A stretch of DNA of 62,216 bases from Patescibacteria group bacterium (GTDB lineage Bacteria; Patescibacteriota; Patescibacteriia; UBA1558; S5-K13). Both the position numbers and the translations under genes were made by a program. Positions 1 to 8,227 of this stretch are shown here, in pieces (the first letter of the stretch is position 1; the number at the start of each line of letters is the position of its first letter). The stretch lies in assembly GCA_028692545.1 (NCBI GenBank), contig JAQUXC010000005.1:1-62216 (forward strand), written 5' to 3'. The notes below the pieces were generated by a model, which was given only the letters and a program-made list of their open reading frames with translations, was not told the origin of the DNA and did not search any database.

Positions 1-56
1 ACTCCTAAATACCATAAAACTCGCTTTTCTTTTGGATAACTTGGTTTTAAAGGCAT
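1..56 (-). CDS. Transposase, N-terminal fragment (partial, continues beyond the left edge)
   Basis: A minus-strand ATG at 56-54 opens MPLKPSYPKEKRVLWYLG.., which runs off the window. It sits about 40 nt inside the IS terminal repeat. Confidence 0.45.
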   Translation of the reverse strand, partial: MPLKPSYPKEKRVLWYLG

Positions 57-126
57 ATATTTGTTTATTAGTTAACAGTGTTACCCCTAAGTATACCAAG
101 TGTTACCTATTAGTGTTAACTGTACA
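1..126 (-). mobile_element. IS element fragment (transposase-start end) cut by the window edge. Its terminal inverted repeat lies at about 98-126.
   Basis: The reverse complement of 98-126 (TGTACAGTTAACACTAATAGGTAACACTT) matches 62092-62120 (TGTACAGTTAACAGTCAAGGGTTACACTT) at 24/29 positions, with the first 13 identical. A minus-strand ORF start lies inside the fragment. Confidence 0.7.
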
Positions 127-258
127 ACTCATTGACTTTATGTCAATAATATGATACTATTATATATTCTGTTATGTCCTGCTATTTGACAATAATATTT
201 CGATTTTAATCGAAAAAATATAGATAAAAAAACCAAAAAACTCTCATTGGAGGTAAAA

Positions 259-2097
259 ATGAGAAAACTATTCCTACTTGTCGCTATATTAGCGACTTTC
301 GTTTCCCTAAGTTCTGTCAATGCATACCTGACCAACATGGTCAACGGCGCAGAACAAACAACCACAGATGTTCTTACAACGGCGGATGATATTCCATTCG
401 TAACATTCACTGTGGAAAACAGTGAAACAGAACCGGTAATCCTGCAGCATGTAAGTTTCTCCTGCTGGAATATCAATCTTACGGCTCAAAACCCAAACAT
501 ACAATTTTCTATGTATAGTGATGATGGAATTTGGTACCCTACCGAACATTCCATATTCAACTTAAACTTCAACATCGCAAGCGTAATTAATCCCGGATCC
601 AGCAAAACCTTTGTAGTGATGGGTAACGTTTGGGAAAATTCCGACGGCGGAGCAAGGTTCTGCCTTGGATTGTGCAATTCCGGAAACTTCCAAGTGACCG
701 GACAAAACACTGGGGAAACCTACTTCGTCAACATGATCGGACCCTGCCAAGACAACATTTATCATATCATTAATGTCTGGCAATCTATGCACAAGTTGTC
801 CATGGCCCCATTTGTAAACCCGGTAGAAATTTATCAAAATTACTACCAGGACAACTTCTGGGTTTACCCTGGACAGAGTTTCTGGAGTTGTCTGACACTG
901 AACGCTCTTCCGAATTCAGTTGAAAACTCCGCAATTGCCTTTAACTCCCAGACTATATTTGGGGGTACTCTTGGACAAATCAATCCAGGTAATGGTAACT
1001 TTTTTGTTACAGATTATCTACCTGGTTTAGTTTGGGCATGGCATCCTGAATACAGCAATTTTCAGATGTCATGGACATCTCCTAATGTAACTGGAGTAGA
1101 CGCATCGTTTTTATATGAAACGGTGATACAAACCCATCTGAATCCCAACGAAATCCAAAGTGAATACACTTCGGCTACAATTGGGAACTACAGTTCATTG
1201 TTTGGGATGTCAACCGAATCTGCTCAATATGAGCGAGTCTATCACCCGTATCAAGCCATCAAGCTTGATGTAAATGGGGATTCCTTGTTTACTCAAGCTG
1301 ATCTGGATATGTGCCAACAATACAATGTTAATAACATAAATTTGTATGGGACGAATTTTAACAACAATTCTGCCCCAAACATATCCAGGTCATCGGTGAT
1401 TTTTTTCTACCCGAACAATATGTTCGACCAATGGTTGGGGAATGTATACCTCAATCATCCCCAAGAACCACTGGTGCAGAACCTTGGCATTGGCCTTCCG
1501 TATGACGGCACCTGGCCAAATGTCATCGGTTCTACATACACACAAACCGGGAATACCATAACAGTTGACACGAATGGCAATTGTATTGGTGTCTTCGGCC
1601 AGTTACCTAACGGAGAAGACTGGAATACAGTCATCTTCATGAACGGTGGTGAAAACCTCCGTTGGAGTAGTGAGTCTCAGACAATTGAACCTGAACGGAT
1701 ACAAATGGATCGAACTCAGATCCAATTCATAATCCCTGAAGGCTTGACTCGTATTGATGTCCAGGCGCGTAGCTTGGCTCAATATACCGCCAATGATGAT
1801 CCTTCCATTGTCACCCCTGCCACTCCGGTCTTACACCAAAACTTCCCGAATCCCTTCAACCCGGAAACTACCATTTCTTTCAATCTGCCCAAAGCAGGCA
1901 AAGCGTCCCTCAACATTTACAATGTGAAGGGACAGTTGGTAAAGACCTTGGTCAATGAAACCAAAACTGCCGGTACCCACCAGATAATCTGGAACGGTAC
2001 TGACAACTCCGGACAGTCTGTTTCCAGCGGTATATACTACTACAAATTGAATGCTGGAAAATACAGTTCCACCCGAAAGATGATCATGATGAAATAA
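259..2097 (+). CDS. Secreted protein with a T9SS (Por) type-A C-terminal sorting domain
   Basis: GGAGG lies 5 nt before ATG 259 (the track ORF starts at TTG 247). The signal peptide is MRKLFLLVAILATFVSLSSVNA. The C-terminus, FPNPFNPETTISFNLPKAGKASLNIYNVKGQLVKTL...GIYYYKLNAGKYSSTRKMIMMK, is the classic T9SS CTD pattern. GC is much higher than in the rest of the window. Confidence 0.85.
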   Translation: MRKLFLLVAILATFVSLSSVNAYLTNMVNGAEQTTTDVLTTADDIPFVTFTVENSETEPVILQHVSFSCWNINLTAQNPNIQFSMYSDDGIWYPTEHSIFNLNFNIASVINPGSSKTFVVMGNVWENSDGGARFCLGLCNSGNFQVTGQNTGETYFVNMIGPCQDNIYHIINVWQSMHKLSMAPFVNPVEIYQNYYQDNFWVYPGQSFWSCLTLNALPNSVENSAIAFNSQTIFGGTLGQINPGNGNFFVTDYLPGLVWAWHPEYSNFQMSWTSPNVTGVDASFLYETVIQTHLNPNEIQSEYTSATIGNYSSLFGMSTESAQYERVYHPYQAIKLDVNGDSLFTQADLDMCQQYNVNNINLYGTNFNNNSAPNISRSSVIFFYPNNMFDQWLGNVYLNHPQEPLVQNLGIGLPYDGTWPNVIGSTYTQTGNTITVDTNGNCIGVFGQLPNGEDWNTVIFMNGGENLRWSSESQTIEPERIQMDRTQIQFIIPEGLTRIDVQARSLAQYTANDDPSIVTPATPVLHQNFPNPFNPETTISFNLPKAGKASLNIYNVKGQLVKTLVNETKTAGTHQIIWNGTDNSGQSVSSGIYYYKLNAGKYSSTRKMIMMK

Positions 2098-2156
2098 CTC
2101 TTCATTCACTCATTTGCTTAAATACATAAGCGATTGAGTGATGAATACAAAACCTT

Positions 2157-2198
2157 GAAAACCCCAAGTCAGCAATTGACGAAGGGTTTTCTTTTTTT
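2157..2198 (+). terminator. Rho-independent terminator
   Basis: GAAAACCC (2157-2164) pairs with GGGTTTTC (2184-2191) and is followed by T7. Confidence 0.7.
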
Positions 2199-2262
2199 GC
2201 AAAACACTCCCGGGGTGAGCCACTCTGGGGGTGGACTTTATTTTACTCATAGGACTTTTATT

Positions 2263-2291
2263 TTGACATTGTTTATAAATTATGATAATAA
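2263..2291 (+). promoter_or_regulatory. Sigma70-like promoter (TTGACA, 17 nt spacer, TGaTAATAA extended -10)
   Basis: TTGACA at 2263-2268, TG at 2283-2284, TAATAA at 2286-2291, about 37 nt upstream of the 2328 ORF. Confidence 0.4.
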
Positions 2292-2327
2292 GAAATCAAA
2301 ATACAATTAAGATAATGGAGGATTATC

Positions 2328-2852
2328 ATGCATATCGTGAATAGCAAAAAACTTTTTCTTTTCTTTATGGTAATGTTTTTTTGTATTAGCCTCATGGCTA
2401 CAACAAAAACCTCAGAATACTATATGGGAATTACAATAGGCATTGTTGGATTAGTATGCCTAGTAGTATTTCTCTATATAGTGTTTCTACTTATCTGCAA
2501 GGCAAACTCCTGTTCACAAAGAATTCCATTTAGACCAGGTGAAAAATTAGAACTTAGAATGTCTTCATATTTCTTAGGAAATTATGTATTCAAGTTTGAA
2601 GTTCTTATAACAACAAAAAATCAATTTACAATGTTATGTGAGATATTCTCAGAAATTGAGGATAAAAAAAACAAATATGTAGATAAAATTGAGCTAAAAG
2701 GAGATATTTCAACTCCTATAGAAAAAACCATCAATATCCCGTTTTTATCTAAACTGTCTATTGGGTACGACGAAAATTCCAACTCTTTGGAAGTCTCAAT
2801 AGAAAGAATAATCTCTTTTTGCGATGAGACAGTTCAAAACCAAACAATATAA
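2328..2852 (+). CDS. Hypothetical membrane-associated protein
   Basis: 174-aa ORF with GGAGG 7 nt upstream. Two hydrophobic segments (FLFFMVMFFCISLMA; ITIGIVGLVCLVVFLYIVFLLI). No recognisable family. Confidence 0.6.
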   Translation: MHIVNSKKLFLFFMVMFFCISLMATTKTSEYYMGITIGIVGLVCLVVFLYIVFLLICKANSCSQRIPFRPGEKLELRMSSYFLGNYVFKFEVLITTKNQFTMLCEIFSEIEDKKNKYVDKIELKGDISTPIEKTINIPFLSKLSIGYDENSNSLEVSIERIISFCDETVQNQTI

Positions 2853-2871
2853 CAACAAAACACATTTTAAG

Positions 2872-2906
2872 GCCCGTGTAATTCATTTTACATGGGCTTC
2901 CTTTTT
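2872..2906 (+). terminator. Rho-independent terminator
   Basis: GCCCGTGTAA pairs with TTACATGGGC, followed by TTCCTTTTT. Confidence 0.65.
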
Positions 2907-3024
2907 GACTTTTATTGGCTTAGAATATAAAATAAACTCATTATTGTAATACCAATATACAAATGGCATGCCAATCATACAAATGCCAAATTTATATATA
3001 TTATAAATAATAATTTATAAAAAA

Positions 3025-3441
3025 ATGAAAAGCGATAAAGTGATTTTTAAAAATCTCTCTTATTCTGTTGTCGGTTTATGCTTTGAAACTCATAATGAAT
3101 TAGGTAAATATTGCAAAGAAAAACAATATGGAGATGCTTTAGAAAAAAAGTTAAAAGAAGCACATATAGAATATAAAAAAGAATTAATTTTTCCAGGTAC
3201 AAGAAATATTGTCGATTTTCTCATAGAGGACAAAATTATACTGGAATTAAAAGCAAAAGAGACAATAAACAAAGATGATTATTATCAAGTACAACGATAC
3301 TTACAAATGTTAAAAATAAAATTAGGAATATTAATTAATTTTAGAAGTCAATATTTAAGACCCAAAAGAATAGTGCGTATTGACACAGAATCACACAAAA
3401 AATTTTTATATCCATTCATTCGTATAATTGGTATAAATTAG
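3025..3441 (+). CDS. GxxExxY family protein (PD-(D/E)XK nuclease-like fold)
   Basis: The layout VVGLCFETHNELGKYCKEKQYGDALEKKLKEAHIEYKKE...VDFLIEDKIILELKAK...QVQRYLQMLKIKLGILINF fits the GxxExxY family, including the GxxExxY motif and D..ExK. Confidence 0.8.
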   Translation: MKSDKVIFKNLSYSVVGLCFETHNELGKYCKEKQYGDALEKKLKEAHIEYKKELIFPGTRNIVDFLIEDKIILELKAKETINKDDYYQVQRYLQMLKIKLGILINFRSQYLRPKRIVRIDTESHKKFLYPFIRIIGIN

Positions 3442-3498
3442 TATATTAGTATTATCCATTCATTCGTATAATTGGTATAAATTAGTATATTAGTATTA
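3411..3498. repeat. Perfect 44-bp tandem duplication (2 units) spanning the 3' end of the GxxExxY gene
   Basis: TCCATTCATTCGTATAATTGGTATAAATTAGTATATTAGTATTA occurs at 3411-3454 and again at 3455-3498. Confidence 0.9.
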
Positions 3499-3510
3499 TA
3501 ATTAGTATAT

Positions 3511-5289
3511 ATGCAATCACGAGAAATCCGACAAAAATACATAGAATTTTTTGTTGAACATGGACATGTAGAACTTCCTAGCGCTTCTCTAATTCCTGAA
3601 AATGACTCTACAACACTTTTCAATACTGCTGGAATGCAACCGCTTATTCCATTTCTTTTGGGTGAAGATCATCCTGCAAACAACGCGATTGTAAATTGCC
3701 AAAAATGTGTAAGAACTGGAGATATAGAATGTGTTGGAGATAATTCTCATCTTACTTTTTTTGAAATGCTTGGCAATTGGCCACTAGGAAAATATGGAAA
3801 ACAAGAAGCCATAAAATACAGCTTTGAATTTTTGACAAGTAAAAAATGGCTTGGAATTGATCCAAACAAATTATATGTCACAGTTTTTGAAGGTGACAAA
3901 GATATAGAAAAAGATATTGAAGCTATAAAAATTTGGCAAGAATGTTTTGACTCAATTGGAATAAAGGCAAATGAAAATGAAAAAATATTTGCACTTCCTA
4001 AAGATGATAATTTTTGGGGGCCAGTTGGTTCAAGTGGGCCATGTGGACCTGATAGTGAAATGTTTGTAGACACTGGATATGACAAATGCTCTGATAATTG
4101 CAAACCTGGATGTCACTGCGGAAAATACATAGAAATCTGGAATGATGTTTTTATGTTTTATTACAAAAATTTGGACGGAACTTACAAAAAACTAGACAAA
4201 CCACAAATTGATACTGGCTTTGGCTTGGAACGTGCAACAACAGTTCTAAATAATTTAGACAATGTTTATGATACAGATTTGTTTATTCCAATTGTTGATG
4301 AAATAAAAAATTTAGCAAATATTTCAAATCCAAATGATGAACAATTAAAATCAATTCGCATAATTTCAGATCATATCAGAAGTGCAGTTTTTGTAATGGG
4401 TGATGATTTGGGAATTGCTCCATCAAATGTAAATCAAGGTTATGTTGTTAGGCGTTTGATAAGAAATGCAATTCGTCATGGAAAATTATTAAATATAAAA
4501 GATGTTTTTTGTTTCAAAATTGCAGAAGTTGTTATTAATTTAATGAGCAATATTTATCCTGAATTAAAAAATAATAAAGACTTTATAATAAATCAAATAG
4601 TAAAAGAAGAAGAACAATTCAAAAAAACATTGGACAATGGTTTAAAAGAGTTTAACAAATTAGAAAAAATCACAGGTGCTGATGCTTTCAAACTTTATTC
4701 AACTTATGGATTTCCACTTGAAATGACAACAGACCTAATAAAAGAAAAAGGATTAAATTTTGATATAAATGAATTCAATTCTGAATTTAAAAAACATAAA
4801 GAGCTTTCACGCACAGCTTCTGAGGGTATGTTTAAAGGAGGACTTGCAGATCACAGTGAAATAGTGACAAAATACCACACTGCGACTCATCTACTTCACC
4901 AGGCACTTCGTGAGACCTTAGGAACTCATGTAGAACAACGTGGTTCAAATCTTACTGCTGAGAGAATGCGTTTTGACTTTTCTCATCCTAATAAATTAAC
5001 ACCTGATCAATTACAAATGATAGAAGATCTAGTAAATCAAAAGATAAATGAATCTCTCTCAATAATTTGTGAACTCAAACCAATTGAAGAAGCAAAAAAT
5101 AGTGGCGCAATAGGACTTTTTGGAAACAAATATGGAGACCAGGTAAATGTTTATGCAATAGGAAATTTTAGCAAAGAAATTTGTGGCGGTCCTCACGTAC
5201 AAAATACAAATGAGCTTGGACATTTTAGAATAATAAAAGAAGAAGCTTGTTCACAAGGAGTTAGAAGAATAAAAGCAGTGTTGGAATAA
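3511..5289 (+). CDS. alaS: Alanine--tRNA ligase, short form (catalytic plus editing domains, no C-Ala domain)
   Basis: Motifs seen: FNTAGMQP, FFEMLGNW, the editing-domain HTATHLLHQAL, and CGGPHV...GVRRIKAV at the very C-terminus. 592 aa. Confidence 0.92.
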   Translation: MQSREIRQKYIEFFVEHGHVELPSASLIPENDSTTLFNTAGMQPLIPFLLGEDHPANNAIVNCQKCVRTGDIECVGDNSHLTFFEMLGNWPLGKYGKQEAIKYSFEFLTSKKWLGIDPNKLYVTVFEGDKDIEKDIEAIKIWQECFDSIGIKANENEKIFALPKDDNFWGPVGSSGPCGPDSEMFVDTGYDKCSDNCKPGCHCGKYIEIWNDVFMFYYKNLDGTYKKLDKPQIDTGFGLERATTVLNNLDNVYDTDLFIPIVDEIKNLANISNPNDEQLKSIRIISDHIRSAVFVMGDDLGIAPSNVNQGYVVRRLIRNAIRHGKLLNIKDVFCFKIAEVVINLMSNIYPELKNNKDFIINQIVKEEEQFKKTLDNGLKEFNKLEKITGADAFKLYSTYGFPLEMTTDLIKEKGLNFDINEFNSEFKKHKELSRTASEGMFKGGLADHSEIVTKYHTATHLLHQALRETLGTHVEQRGSNLTAERMRFDFSHPNKLTPDQLQMIEDLVNQKINESLSIICELKPIEEAKNSGAIGLFGNKYGDQVNVYAIGNFSKEICGGPHVQNTNELGHFRIIKEEACSQGVRRIKAVLE

Positions 5290-5359
5290 TATTTATTTTA
5301 TACATAATAATATAATAATAAAATTAGAAAAGTATATTTAATAAATTAAAAATAAAAAA

Positions 5360-6676
5360 ATGAAAAAATTATTAGTATTCTCATTGTTATTGTTATTACT
5401 TATCACAATTTCAACAAAAAGTATATCGGCCTCAGATCTAATTTCAAATGTTCAAATTCAAACATCTCAAAATTCTACAACAATAACATGGAACTCAAAT
5501 GAATTAGATAAATCATATATTTTGTGGGGTATGAAAAATACAGATAATGATATAAACATAGTATCTCAAGACCCAACTTATACAACGGTTCATTCGATTA
5601 CAATAAACAATCTAGCTCCAAACACAACTTATTATTATAAAATTTTATCTAGAACAAATAGTAGTAATATAATGGAGTCTGCTGTGTATACCTTTACTAC
5701 ACTCGAAGATACAACATCTTCTGATTTAATCTATAATATACAAATTAATACAACCGAAAACTCTGCAAAAATAATTTGGGATTCAAATAATTTATATAAA
5801 TCGTATATTTTGTGGGGTATGAAAAATACAGATAATGATATAAACATAGTATCTCAAGACCCAACTTATACAAAAAATCACGAATTAACAATAAATAACC
5901 TTATACATAATTCAAAATATTACTTTAAAATACAATATGGAATTATTAATAACGGTGCAACTGAATCTCAAATATATGAATTTACTACACTTGATAAAGA
6001 ACTATCTTCAGATTTAATCTATAATATACAAATCAATACAACTAAAGACTCAGCAAAGATAACATGGAACTCCTACGAAGATGACCAATCATATTTATTA
6101 TATGGAACAAAAAATACAAATAATGACATAGGAACAGTTTCAAAAGATGATAATTTTTTAAAAAATCACGAATTACTTCTAAACCATCTAAATCCAAATA
6201 CAACATATTATTTTAGAATATATTCAAAAAGAAGTACTAATAGTATAGTAGAATCAGAAACATTTTCATTTACAACAAAAAAAATAATAAATCCAGATAA
6301 AGAATTATCTAATAAATTAAAAGGTAAATTATTATTAGGCGTAGAAGATAAGGGAAGAATATGGTACGTAAATCCAAGTAATCAACAAAAATATGAGGTA
6401 ACTTTTACTAATGCTTTATTGATATTTCAAAAATTATCACTTGGAATAACAAATAAAGATCTAAATCAAATATCAAATACAAAATCAACAACACTTGGCA
6501 ATAAATTAAAGGGGAAATTATTATTACAGGTGGAGGACAAAGGAAGAATATGGTATATAGATTCAAATGGCATAAAACACGAAGTTACTTGGGTAAATTT
6601 AATGGATTTATTTACAAGTTTGTCACTTGGAATAACAAATGATAATCTTGACAAAATTGAAGATGGTAATATTTAA
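5360..6676 (+). CDS. Secreted protein with 3 FN3-like repeats plus 2 copies of a C-terminal RLKG..LLLQVED.GRIWYV domain
   Basis: A signal peptide is present. Three units of about 96 aa each end in NTTYYY.I...FTT. The C-terminal twin repeats start LSNKLKGKLLLGVEDKGRIWYVNP and LGNKLKGKLLLQVEDKGRIWYIDS. Confidence 0.85.
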   Translation: MKKLLVFSLLLLLLITISTKSISASDLISNVQIQTSQNSTTITWNSNELDKSYILWGMKNTDNDINIVSQDPTYTTVHSITINNLAPNTTYYYKILSRTNSSNIMESAVYTFTTLEDTTSSDLIYNIQINTTENSAKIIWDSNNLYKSYILWGMKNTDNDINIVSQDPTYTKNHELTINNLIHNSKYYFKIQYGIINNGATESQIYEFTTLDKELSSDLIYNIQINTTKDSAKITWNSYEDDQSYLLYGTKNTNNDIGTVSKDDNFLKNHELLLNHLNPNTTYYFRIYSKRSTNSIVESETFSFTTKKIINPDKELSNKLKGKLLLGVEDKGRIWYVNPSNQQKYEVTFTNALLIFQKLSLGITNKDLNQISNTKSTTLGNKLKGKLLLQVEDKGRIWYIDSNGIKHEVTWVNLMDLFTSLSLGITNDNLDKIEDGNI

Positions 6677-6704
6677 AATAATCATTAAATTTGTGAGTTT
6701 ATCT

Positions 6705-6867
6705 GTGAGCTTACAAAAATTTTCAAAAATTTGAGTGTAATCAAGCGTAAAGAAACTTCAAGTTACCGATAGGTAACATTTGAAGTTTTAGCTTGACGAA
6801 ATGATAAATTTAAAAATTTTTGTACTCTCGCGACTTTTCTGCTCAACTCTTTTCTAGAAAAGAGTTG
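6705..6867. other. Structured intergenic element: a rod-like imperfect palindrome of about 127 nt plus a perfect 10-bp hairpin. It could be an sRNA or a MITE.
   Basis: 6705-6722 pairs with 6814-6831 at 16/18 positions. The nested stems are TCAAGC/GCTTGA and AAACTTCAAGTTACC/GGTAAC..TTGAAGTTT. The second hairpin is CAACTCTTTT-ctag-AAAAGAGTTG at 6844-6867. Confidence 0.35.
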
Positions 6868-6956
6868 AAAAATAACAAAACCTTTTTTAAATATTAAGTT
6901 TATTATGCTACAATTAATATAGATATTTTTATTTACAAATAATTAATGTAAAACTT

Positions 6957-8201
6957 ATGGCCACTATCAAAGCTTTCAAAGGACTTCGACCAAAACTAGA
7001 GCTAGTAAAAGAATTTTCAGCTCCACCTTATGACGTATTAAACTCAGATGAAGCAAGAGAATATGTAAAAGACAAACCAAATAGTTTTCTTCATGTTACA
7101 AAACCAGAAGTTGATTTAGAAAAAGATATTGACTTGTATGATGATAGAGTTTATGTAAAAGCAAAAGAAAATTTTCAAAAAATGGTAAGTGATGGAATAT
7201 TTGTACTTGATGATAAGCCATGTCTTTATATTTACAGACTCGTAATGGGTAATATCGATGAAACAGGAATTGTTGCATGTTCTAGCGTTTCCGATTATGA
7301 AAATAATATTATCAAAAAACACGAAAAAACTCGTGCTGACAAAGAAGCAGATCGCATAAGACATACTGATACAATAAATGCAAATGCTGGCCCAGTTTTT
7401 CTTACATACAAGGCAAGAGAAGATATAAATGAAATAGTAAACAGTTTTATGCAAGATAATTCTCCAGTTTATGATTTTGTAGCAGATAATGGTGTAGCAA
7501 ATTCATTTTGGAAAATAAGTGATGATGCGATTATTGCAAAAATCGTAAATATTTTTTCTAGAATTGATTATACCTATATTGCAGACGGTCATCACCGAGC
7601 TGCCTCCGGTGCACTTGTTGGAAAGCAAAGAAGAGAAGCAAATCCAAATCATAGAGGCGATGAAGAATATAATTTCTTTTTATCAGTACTTTTTCCACAC
7701 AATCATTTATACATAATGGACTACAATAGAATTGTAAAGGATTTAAATGGACTAAATAAAGAGGAATTTTTGGTAAATGTAAAAGAAAAATTTGAAGTCG
7801 AAGAGTTCTCAAAAGAAAATTCCTATAAACCAGAATCAATTCATACATTTGGAATGTATTTGGATCATACTTGGTACAAGATTAGCACAAAAGAAGGAAC
7901 TTATGACAAAAATGATGTTATAAAATCACTCGATGTTTCTATTTTGCAAGACAATTTATTAAATCCAATTCTAGGAATAGAGGATCCAAGAAAAGACAAA
8001 AGAATTGATTTTGTAGGTGGAATAAGAGGACTTGATGAATTAAAAAATAGAGTTGACAATGGTGAAGCAGTAGCTTTCTCAATGTTTCCTACTTCAATCG
8101 AAGAACTTATGAATATTGCTGATGCTGGAGAAATTATGCCACCAAAATCCACTTGGTTTGAACCAAAACTCCGTTCTGGAATGGTAATTCATTTGTATTA
8201 A
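6957..8201 (+). CDS. DUF1015 domain-containing protein
   Basis: The N-terminus IKAFKGLRP...APPYDVLNSDEAR, the ADGHHR motif and a length of about 414 aa are typical of DUF1015. Confidence 0.8.
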   Translation: MATIKAFKGLRPKLELVKEFSAPPYDVLNSDEAREYVKDKPNSFLHVTKPEVDLEKDIDLYDDRVYVKAKENFQKMVSDGIFVLDDKPCLYIYRLVMGNIDETGIVACSSVSDYENNIIKKHEKTRADKEADRIRHTDTINANAGPVFLTYKAREDINEIVNSFMQDNSPVYDFVADNGVANSFWKISDDAIIAKIVNIFSRIDYTYIADGHHRAASGALVGKQRREANPNHRGDEEYNFFLSVLFPHNHLYIMDYNRIVKDLNGLNKEEFLVNVKEKFEVEEFSKENSYKPESIHTFGMYLDHTWYKISTKEGTYDKNDVIKSLDVSILQDNLLNPILGIEDPRKDKRIDFVGGIRGLDELKNRVDNGEAVAFSMFPTSIEELMNIADAGEIMPPKSTWFEPKLRSGMVIHLY

Positions 8202-8227
8202 TTTGAGTTTAAAATAAAATAAACAAA

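Noticed and set aside
138-2109. Several minus-strand ORFs (138-476, 307-549, 486-710, 562-837, 1455-1640, 1831-2109) overlapping the T9SS-domain gene
   Set aside because: They are shadow ORFs antisense to a long ORF that has a signal peptide, a ribosome-binding site and a conserved C-terminal domain. None has its own recognisable features. The same reasoning applies to the other short antisense ORFs in the track throughout the window.
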